A program made the translations under genes and the position numbers. DNA of 64,000 nt, taken from assembly GCA_947259175.1 (NCBI GenBank), contig CAMYKW010000004.1, positions 79,403-143,402 of the forward strand. The letters run 5' to 3'. Position 1 is the first letter of the stretch. Each line of letters starts with the position of its first letter. The notes below the pieces were generated by a model. The model was not told the DNA's origin and searched no databases. It saw nothing but the letters and a program-made list of their open reading frames with translations. Of this stretch, positions 18,701-25,173 are shown one piece after another. The stretch is from an uncultured Gammaproteobacteria bacterium (GTDB lineage: Bacteria; Pseudomonadota; Gammaproteobacteria; Arenicellales; JAANXG01).

Positions 18701-21105
18701 GCCTCGGGCCGCAGGCGGACCTCGGCGGTGATACGCGGCACGTGCACCGGGGCGGTAATCCGCGCAAGGCGCAGTAATAGGTCCCAGTCCTCGAGGGCGT
18801 TGAGCGTCACATCGAAGTCTCCGGTGCAGGCGATCAATTCGCGCCGGTGGGCCCAGGTGTTAACCGGAATGAAATTGCCGACATGCAGTTGTTCCAGGGA
18901 GTATTGGATGTGCGAATACGGCGTGGTGCGCGACAAAACTTGACGTTTACCGCCTGCGAGGCGTTCGCGCACGTACTCCGCTTCGGTATAGACCAGGCCG
19001 GCTTGGTTGCCGCGCATGCCGTCGACGATCGTTTCGAAGTGGTCCGGGCACAACCGGTCATCGTCATCCAGATAACAGAGAATCGCCCCCGCAGACAGGG
19101 AGATGCCGGTATTGCGCGCGGCGGAAAGGCCGCGATTTTGAGCGTGTCGAACGTAGCGAATCCGGCCGTGGGGATCCTTGGCGGTAATCCAGTCGCCGAT
19201 GTCTTCGCCGCCGTCGTTGACGACGATGGCCTCCCAGTTATTGTAACTCTGGGCAAGCACAGAGGCCACCGCATCGCGCAGTAAATCGGGACGGTCGAGG
19301 GTGGGAATGATCACCGACACCAACGGCGTAGCATCGATCGGCGGCAACTCTGGTGCGGATCGGGCATTGTCCGTCTCGGCTAAATCCAAGAACCGGAGCA
19401 GCAAGGTGTTGTGAGGATGAGTGTCACGGGTGCGCGTTAGTTTGGCGTGCTGCGCCGGCGATACGTGTTTGAGGCGTTCCTCCGCGTCGCTGATCTCATG
19501 CGGGTCAAACACACCGGATTGGTGTGGCGCCAATTGCGCGCGCACGTAGTCAAGATTTTCGAGTGTGTCTGCGACCATGCTGTTATCGCGGTTGCGGTAC
19601 AGGAACAGCGGTTGCGATACATGGTGTGATTTGAAACCGCATGCAGCGGCCGCCAGCCAGAATTCCCAGTCCTCGCCTCCCAGGTACATGGCCGGTGAGT
19701 AACCCCCGGTTCGCTCCCACACCTCGCGGCGGTACAGGCTGCAATAGTCGTGGATGTTGTGCCGCTTCAGGGCTTCCAGGGATACGCGGCCCTTGACGTG
19801 GACATGATCCGCAAGGCCGAAATTCTGCTCGTCCACGTAGACGATGGCGATATCCGCATACCGATCGAGCACGGTGACGGTCTGTGTAAGATAGTCCGGG
19901 TGCAGTTTGTCATCGGCATCCAACGGCAGGATGTAGCGGCCCTGGGATGCGTTGATACCGGAATTGCGGGCGCTGGCAAGCCCGGCATTGGCTTGGGAGA
20001 TCAAACGAATTCTACCGTCGCCGCGGGTCGCCGCGAACCGACGCACGACCTGCACACAGTCGTCGGGGCTCCCGTCGTCTACCACTACGCACTCCCAATC
20101 CGTGAAGCGCTGGGCAACGACACTTTCCAGCGCTTCGGTGACGTATTGCGCCTGAAGGTAACAGGGGATGACGATGCTGACCGCCGGCTGGTGATGCACT
20201 GCAACGGCATTATGCGCACGCAAGCCCCGCGACAAGATGCCGCGAACGCGGCGAATGTCCCGGTCCAGCGTCCATGCCGCCGCTCCGCAGGACTCGATAC
20301 GCCGGTCCAGATGCGCCAGGATCTCCAACTCCAATCCGCGCAGTCTCTCCGCCGCCGCGGAGTACGCGGCGCGGGCTACCAGGCGCAGATGTGTCTCGAG
20401 CAGCCCGGAGTCCGCCAGGCACTGCTGCGGGTCACTTCCCGCGTCGAGACGTCGCCGGACGCCCGGCGTGCGTGAGTAGAAGAAGTTCGGATTTTCGATG
20501 GCCAGGCGCGTAACCAGTTCCCATGCTTCGGCGCCGCGGGCCGACGGTTGGAATTCTCCCAACCGTAGCAGATCGCTGCCGCGGTACACGGTGGCGGCGG
20601 GATCGATATGGTTCCCGTGGGTGAGCAGTAAGCCGAGATCGTTGCGGCCTCCGGCGTAGTCTTGCGCCGCCAGTCCCGGGTGAGGGGGAGGCTGCTTGGT
20701 GTCTTCCTGGGTGCCGGCATATTCCGGCGCGGCATAACCCAGGGAGCATTCGGGATGCGCCTCCAGGCCGGCGATGATTCGCGCCAGATGACCGGGCAGC
20801 AGGTGTTCATCCCCCCGCAGCCAAGTGTGATAACGCCCACACCCCGGTTCCAGGGCGTGTGTCTGGAAATGTTGTGGCGTGGGATTTTTCGGCACACGGA
20901 CGCAGTTGATGCGTCCATCGGCGAGGTATGGTGCGACGGCCTCACGCAGACCATCGCTGCGGCCGTCATCCAGGATTATGATCTCCAACGGCGACACGTC
21001 CTGCAGCTGCACGCTTTCAACGCAGCGACCGAAGCTCGACGCATCCTCGTGCGGCCGGATAAAAACCGTGACGAGCACCTCGTTGTTCAATTCCCGAGTA
21101 TTCAC
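15784..21105 (-). CDS. Giant multidomain glycosyltransferase (several GT-A/GT2-like modules plus C-terminal GT-B-like module)
   Basis: 1773 aa. GT2-like starts are VTVFIRP..IIILDDG, VSIVIPCY..VVVDDGSPDD..DADD, VSVIIPTLDR..AQSYNNWEAIVVNDGG..DDDD and VSILIPV..VVLSDCGGGD. The C-terminal 370 aa carry VGWVGAQQHDGD..LDLAVAPLE..NECKSDLRVLEYGAMGWPVIATD. GTG start. Confidence 0.8.
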   Translation of the reverse strand: MNTRELNNEVLVTVFIRPHEDASSFGRCVESVQLQDVSPLEIIILDDGRSDGLREAVAPYLADGRINCVRVPKNPTPQHFQTHALEPGCGRYHTWLRGDEHLLPGHLARIIAGLEAHPECSLGYAAPEYAGTQEDTKQPPPHPGLAAQDYAGGRNDLGLLLTHGNHIDPAATVYRGSDLLRLGEFQPSARGAEAWELVTRLAIENPNFFYSRTPGVRRRLDAGSDPQQCLADSGLLETHLRLVARAAYSAAAERLRGLELEILAHLDRRIESCGAAAWTLDRDIRRVRGILSRGLRAHNAVAVHHQPAVSIVIPCYLQAQYVTEALESVVAQRFTDWECVVVDDGSPDDCVQVVRRFAATRGDGRIRLISQANAGLASARNSGINASQGRYILPLDADDKLHPDYLTQTVTVLDRYADIAIVYVDEQNFGLADHVHVKGRVSLEALKRHNIHDYCSLYRREVWERTGGYSPAMYLGGEDWEFWLAAAACGFKSHHVSQPLFLYRNRDNSMVADTLENLDYVRAQLAPHQSGVFDPHEISDAEERLKHVSPAQHAKLTRTRDTHPHNTLLLRFLDLAETDNARSAPELPPIDATPLVSVIIPTLDRPDLLRDAVASVLAQSYNNWEAIVVNDGGEDIGDWITAKDPHGRIRYVRHAQNRGLSAARNTGISLSAGAILCYLDDDDRLCPDHFETIVDGMRGNQAGLVYTEAEYVRERLAGGKRQVLSRTTPYSHIQYSLEQLHVGNFIPVNTWAHRRELIACTGDFDVTLNALEDWDLLLRLARITAPVHVPRITAEVRLRPEARDDNMSQRERHDFPALHRKIYARYPLPGNAQVELRRTQALTQLEGARRDEGSAHSDADRYARWQQPHALTENKAQYMAERMMLAWRLRPSFQLIAIHQGNQHDALADTLDSLCRQLYPGWGLSVIADCPAPDAGFHRLPNLEWVEIRGDLVDTLNRIVSESQADWIIRAKSGVQFAPHALLRWGDYMNRYPQWRIIYCDDDHIARDGTRDQPRFKPDFNLDLLRSTPYMGDVLALERDVLTRCGGFGAGAGVFDAVLRILDTAGESAVGHIPEVLVHYPRDKDREPIGAADAENDRIAVETHLERNGLTAQVTHHEIAGTFFVDYQAHDPPSVSILIPVERRYKWLPLCIEGLLQKTRYPDFEVVLSDCGGGDSDLLDELARTYDDKVRVLRTPGAVGSASLTHVAAAESRGELLLVLEPDAQAIHDEWLTRMVANVQRPEVGVVGARLIDLHGRVQHAGLILGIDDGAGRAFTGHAMQSPGYLNRLQVAQNFSAVSGACMLLSRELFAQLGGFDETGFTQCGHDVDLCLRARQAGYEVVWTPFATLLKHESHEPQSPAPPDPNSKTTADNTTLIARWPDLLANDPAYNRNLSLARGDMRVEDELAVPWTPPEHPRPRVWAFPLNRQGSGEYRVRQPLQALDRAAHAEIAFLPDHEGAVPTRVPTLCELKRAAPDTVLIHHGFTDPFLHWLPRYRKSGEALLVFGLDDHLLAMPDDNDRRGLMPADLEQRLRDALAHCHRLVVPTEPLAAAYRGFIDDVRVVPNLLERQRWGHLEIRRRRAARPRVGWVGAQQHDGDLTILAPVMEALAGEVDWVMMGMCPRALRPYVAEYYQPVVYRHYPAQLAQLDLDLAVAPLEINAFNECKSDLRVLEYGAMGWPVIATDIPPYAAQPITRVANDTEAWLAAIRDRIHDRDALAKDGERLRAWVHTHHMLEDRLGCWYAALLSDAVIERFALREEPPAVRADAVASS

Positions 21106-21340
21106 CTAATCAATGTTGTGAGGTCGTGTACGCCGTGGGTGTAACTCGATGCCCCGGTTGTGTGCCTGCAAATCGCGGCAACAAAATCTATTTACCCCCC
21201 AGGTTGAACACGTGCGGAGCGCACGCGCCGAGACTCCGCCGACACCGTTGTATTTTGGCGCGTCGAACGACGGATCGCCTGGATCGCGGGCGTTGCCATT
21301 TGTATTCCGGTTTCCGTTCTTTGGTGACTACAAGGGGTTT

Positions 21341-21356
21341 TGCAATTTCCATACCA
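21341..21356 (-). promoter_or_regulatory. Candidate sigma-54 promoter upstream of the giant glycosyltransferase
   Basis: The minus strand reads TGGTAT-GGAAA-TTGCA with GG-N10-GC spacing kept, about 235 nt upstream of the GTG at 21105. Confidence 0.3.
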
Positions 21357-21507
21357 TCGGTGGAAAGCGGGCCTGGATCGGCGAGGCGTCGGGCTTTTGA
21401 CGCTCTGCACCGGCAAGCCTTTGCCCGGCGCGGCAAGTTTTCGGCGTGCGCGGGCTAGATGAGCGCCATGATCACCGTTTCGTAGCGGCGACCGTCAAAC
21501 GCGGTGG

Positions 21508-22077
21508 CTACAGCAGATCGATCAACAGGGGTTTGCAGGTCTCTTTCACCGTCGAGATGGCCAGGATACCGGCCAGAATCACCAGTATCGTCAATAAATC
21601 CCATTCATTCAGGACATATCCCAGCGCCAACGCCGCCGCCGGCGGGTGCTCGGTTTGGGTGATGACCATCGCCAGGATCGCGCTGCCCGTGGCCAGCGCG
21701 CCGCAGACGATGAGCAGCGGCGCCGGACTCGACCAAATTCCCGCGAGCGCGACCACGGAAGCAACCGTCGCCCAGGCGCAACCCACGGCCGTGCCGACGA
21801 TATAACCGCCAATGAGAAAACGTCGCTTCGATGCGTTGACATGCGGCATGGTAAAGGCGATGAATGCGCTCGCGCCCAACGACGCAATCAGCACCGTCTG
21901 GTGCATCGCATCCAGTAATAACAAAACGATCAATATCGTTACGGTTGCGATTCCGCACTGTGCGATATAACGCGTGGGATGCCGGCGGAACTTGGGATCC
22001 ACGAGACGGCCCCAACGCGGCCGGCGCGCGTGCATGGACGTGCTGGATTTCGATGAGAGTTGACTGCCGGATGTCAT
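21508..22077 (-). CDS. HPP family membrane protein
   Basis: Four or five hydrophobic segments and the HPP signature ITQTEHPPAAALALG. Confidence 0.7.
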   Translation of the reverse strand: MTSGSQLSSKSSTSMHARRPRWGRLVDPKFRRHPTRYIAQCGIATVTILIVLLLLDAMHQTVLIASLGASAFIAFTMPHVNASKRRFLIGGYIVGTAVGCAWATVASVVALAGIWSSPAPLLIVCGALATGSAILAMVITQTEHPPAAALALGYVLNEWDLLTILVILAGILAISTVKETCKPLLIDLL

Positions 22078-22191
22078 TGTCTGATTTCGTTTCGCATGGT
22101 GCGAGGTGCCGAATGACGTCCAGTATTCCGCGCAGTCACTGCGCCAACACGGTAAATGTCGACCGATTTAGAAGATAGCTGAGAGCTCGAA

Positions 22192-22485
22192 TTACTCACG
22201 GGCGTCAAATGGGTGTTCGATCGATTGCAGTCGATAAATGAATGCCAACACCTCCGCGACCGCCTGGTAGAGCTGCACCGGGATATCGGCATCGAGATCG
22301 ACCTGCGCGAGCAGACCGACCAATTCGGGATCTTCGTACAGCGGCACGCCTGCTTGTCTTGCAATGCCGATAATCTGTTCGGCGATCAGCCCGCGTCCTT
22401 TCGCCACTACCCGCGGCGCGTGATCGTCGCGTTCATACTTGAGCGCAACGGCATTGCGGTAATCACCGTGTCGTTTAGACTTCAC
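22192..22485 (-). CDS. Free-standing FlhB C-terminal-domain-like protein (EscU/YscU/FlhB family fragment)
   Basis: 97 aa reading AVALKYERDDHAPRVVAKGRGLIAEQIIGIARQAGVPLYEDPELVGLL..VAEVLAFIY. GTG start overlaps the upstream stop (GTGA). Confidence 0.75.
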   Translation of the reverse strand: MKSKRHGDYRNAVALKYERDDHAPRVVAKGRGLIAEQIIGIARQAGVPLYEDPELVGLLAQVDLDADIPVQLYQAVAEVLAFIYRLQSIEHPFDARE

Positions 22486-23648
22486 GCCTGGACGTCCAGC
22501 AGTGGTTGTTGAATACCCGGAAAATCCGCCTCATGGATGCCCGACGCACAGACCACGGATTCCGGAACCAGGCCGATGTTGCGCAGTCGGTCGCATAGAC
22601 CGTCGAGGTGGGATTGGGCGAGTGCTACCGTCGCATCGCGTTCCGCGCGTAACACAACGGAAATCAAGTCGCCGGAGAGGGTTAAGCGCGCCTGCATTGC
22701 GCCGATGGACGGCAGCTCGATTGAGACGACGGTGGAAAATACGCCCCCCCCTTGTCCACCCCGCGACGACGGTCGTTTCTCGATTCTGAATCTCACCATT
22801 TGCACCTCGTCTCCGTCTCGTACCGGCAGCTCCAGATTCCACGCGGATCTCGAACCCTCGACTTCGATCAGCGATGTGAGTTGGTGCAGCTGAATTCGCG
22901 CGAGCGCGCTTTCCACCTGTTGGGACAAAGCGTTTAATGTCTTGACGACCGCGGCGTCGCCAGGCGACGCTGTATTTGTATTGCCATGCGCCTGCTGATT
23001 TGTCGTGGCGGGTGCACTGCGGCTGCGAACCGGGCGCGAACCGCCCGGATTCACCATATCAGCCAGTGCGGTACGCAGCCGCACCAGTCCCGCCTTGAAA
23101 TCCCGTTCCAACGCGCCACGATGGGAGTCCGACAGCAGCCTGAGCAGGCGCTGTTCCAGAAAATGACCGCTGTTCAATATCGCCTGTTTTACAGATTCCC
23201 CGGACAAGGATCCGCTGATCTGGGTCAGACTATCGACGACGTGGCGAGCCAATTGCGTGATCGAGCCGGGTAGTCGCGTACCACCGGACTGGCGCGCGAT
23301 ACGATGTAAATTTGTCAACAACTCGATAATCGATCCCTGTTTCGGCAGTTGTTGCCGAATCGCCTGCACCAGGTTGGACGGATGCAGTTGCTGGTCGAGA
23401 ATCCTGAGCCGAATCTCCGGTCCGATCTTCTCCACCACCAGCGCCAGGGATTGACCGGCGATCAGTGGCAGCGTAGTGCGAGCAGTGAACGTAGCCTGGT
23501 TCAGTTGCAGCGTCACCGTTCCCTGCTGGGCGACGGTGAGGACGGTGCCGGAAAGCTGCTGGCCGACCGCGAGCCCACTGAGCTGCGCGTGATTCGACGC
23601 CACCGTGAGCAACTGCTGGGTGACCAGTGAGGTTGATATGGATTCCAT
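22482..23648 (-). CDS. FliK-like protein (flagellar hook-length control C-terminal-like domain)
   Basis: 388 aa. The C-terminal block WNLELPVRDGDEVQMVRFRIE..VVSIELPSIGAMQARLTLSGDLISVVLRAERDATVALAQSHLDGLCDRLRNIGL follows the Flg_hook-type pattern. It is translationally coupled to the FlhB-like gene. Confidence 0.6.
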   Translation of the reverse strand: MESISTSLVTQQLLTVASNHAQLSGLAVGQQLSGTVLTVAQQGTVTLQLNQATFTARTTLPLIAGQSLALVVEKIGPEIRLRILDQQLHPSNLVQAIRQQLPKQGSIIELLTNLHRIARQSGGTRLPGSITQLARHVVDSLTQISGSLSGESVKQAILNSGHFLEQRLLRLLSDSHRGALERDFKAGLVRLRTALADMVNPGGSRPVRSRSAPATTNQQAHGNTNTASPGDAAVVKTLNALSQQVESALARIQLHQLTSLIEVEGSRSAWNLELPVRDGDEVQMVRFRIEKRPSSRGGQGGGVFSTVVSIELPSIGAMQARLTLSGDLISVVLRAERDATVALAQSHLDGLCDRLRNIGLVPESVVCASGIHEADFPGIQQPLLDVQA

Positions 23649-23781
23649 TGCGGTTGGGTTACTGACTTGCCGTTGGCATCCGGCCGGCTCGAGGCGACGG
23701 ATTTACTGCACAATGACTATGTCGCCTGGTGAATCGGGATGCCGTATGAGTGTGGGCGAAATGCACTGGAATTCATCGATG

Positions 23782-24129
23782 TCAAGCGATGAGCAGTTCA
23801 TCCGACGTCTTCTGTCGCAGCAGCGTCAGGGCAAAACCAATCCGCTTCGAACACATGCGCAACCCAAAGTCACCCGGCGTGAAACTGTGATACGACGCGT
23901 CCTCTTCGAGACGAGGTTCAAGGTTTCGCACGTAGTGACGAACCCAGTGTGGCGCCTGCCGATAAAAAAGGTACGCGACAAAAAAATGCTCGATCTCCCG
24001 GTCGTTCACGCTTCTGTTGAACCAAGCCACGTGTGCAGCCTTGAAGATGTCGAATTCGCTGGCTCCTCGATCGTTTGCGGCGCTCGCCACCAGATCCGTG
24101 TCAGTTTGACAGCGTTGTTTCCGGTTCAT
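23782..24129 (-). CDS. Hypothetical protein (no recognisable domain)
   Basis: The ATG at 24129 has a GGAGG SD 5-6 nt upstream and gives 115 aa. It is on the same strand and upstream of the FliK-like/FlhB-like pair. Confidence 0.5.
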   Translation of the reverse strand: MNRKQRCQTDTDLVASAANDRGASEFDIFKAAHVAWFNRSVNDREIEHFFVAYLFYRQAPHWVRHYVRNLEPRLEEDASYHSFTPGDFGLRMCSKRIGFALTLLRQKTSDELLIA

Positions 24130-24244
24130 CTCGCCTCCCTGTTCGTTCGCTAGAGACGTCACATTGCGGCAGTTATTGATAATAGTCGGCCAATCCGGCG
24201 AAAACTGAAGTCCCAGCCCGCGATCCCCGCGCGTTCTCCGGGGT

Positions 24245-24271
24245 TAAAGATCGATGTCCCACAGCCGTTAT
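24245..24271 (+). promoter_or_regulatory. sigma-28 (FliA)-type promoter
   Basis: TAAAGATC-N11-GCCGTTAT, 33 nt upstream of the ATG at 24304. Confidence 0.55.
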
Positions 24272-24303
24272 TCAAACAAAGGAGTATCTGGGCTGAAGAC
24301 GTT

Positions 24304-25170
24304 ATGCAATCGACGGTAACACCGGTGGACATGGCTCATGGAATCCGGCAACTACGCGAACTTCCCCCGGTTCACGAAAGCCATCAACGTTTGATGAGCG
24401 TCTTGAACGAAGACACCGACGCCAGGGAACTGGCCTCCGCCATCGAGACGTGTCCCGAGATCGCAGCCAGGGTCGTGGGGCTCGCGTGCTCGGCCTATTT
24501 CGCCCAGCGCATCCCGTGCAGGTCGGTGCATGATGCAATCGTGCGTGTGCTGGGTTTTCGATTGGTGAACAGCCTGGTGATCGGCATCGTTATGAGCGGT
24601 GCGTTTCCATCACACCGCTGTCCAGGATTCAATTCCCACACTTTCTGGTCGAGCTCCGTATTGAGCGCCACTGTTGCGCGCTCGCTGGCAAGGATTACTG
24701 CGCCCCACCATAGACCGGATGCGGACGATTGCTTCATGTGCGGTCTGCTGCACAATATCGGGGTGTTGGTCTTATCTCACTTGTACCCGCGGGAAATGTC
24801 CCGGGTGTTCACCGAGGCGGCGCAACATCCGGAATGCACGCTGATGGAAACGGAAGCCAGGATTCTGCAGTACGATCACACCCAGGGCGGGGCGACATTG
24901 GCCCAACGCTGGCAGCTCCCGCCGGCGGTATATACGGTGATCGCCAGGCACCGGGATGCCGACTATCGCGGGGAATTTTGGCAGTCCTGTATGCTGGTGA
25001 ACGCGGCAGCACAGATTGCGGCCCAGATGCTTACCTCCGATATCGAGGGCGAACTGCAATTCCCCGACGTGACGATGCTGGGTATAGCCGCGGAGGATTT
25101 TGCGGCGGTTGTGCAAAGGACGGGTAAGTCGCTGCAGGGCGTCTTGGAACTAGCCGGCATGTTTGCGTAA
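24304..25170 (+). CDS. HDOD domain protein
   Basis: LRELPPVHESHQRLMSVL..ELASAIETCPEIAARVVGLACSAYF..VHDAIVRVLG..CGLLHNIGVLVLSHL. Confidence 0.8.
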   Translation: MQSTVTPVDMAHGIRQLRELPPVHESHQRLMSVLNEDTDARELASAIETCPEIAARVVGLACSAYFAQRIPCRSVHDAIVRVLGFRLVNSLVIGIVMSGAFPSHRCPGFNSHTFWSSSVLSATVARSLARITAPHHRPDADDCFMCGLLHNIGVLVLSHLYPREMSRVFTEAAQHPECTLMETEARILQYDHTQGGATLAQRWQLPPAVYTVIARHRDADYRGEFWQSCMLVNAAAQIAAQMLTSDIEGELQFPDVTMLGIAAEDFAAVVQRTGKSLQGVLELAGMFA

Positions 25171-25173
25171 ACC

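Noticed and set aside
21106-21507. Small ORFs (21126-21458 plus strand, 21188-21436 minus strand) in the 400-nt gap upstream of the giant glycosyltransferase.
   Set aside because: They are Arg-rich, mutually overlapping, and lack an SD or any motif. The region is better explained as promoter and leader.
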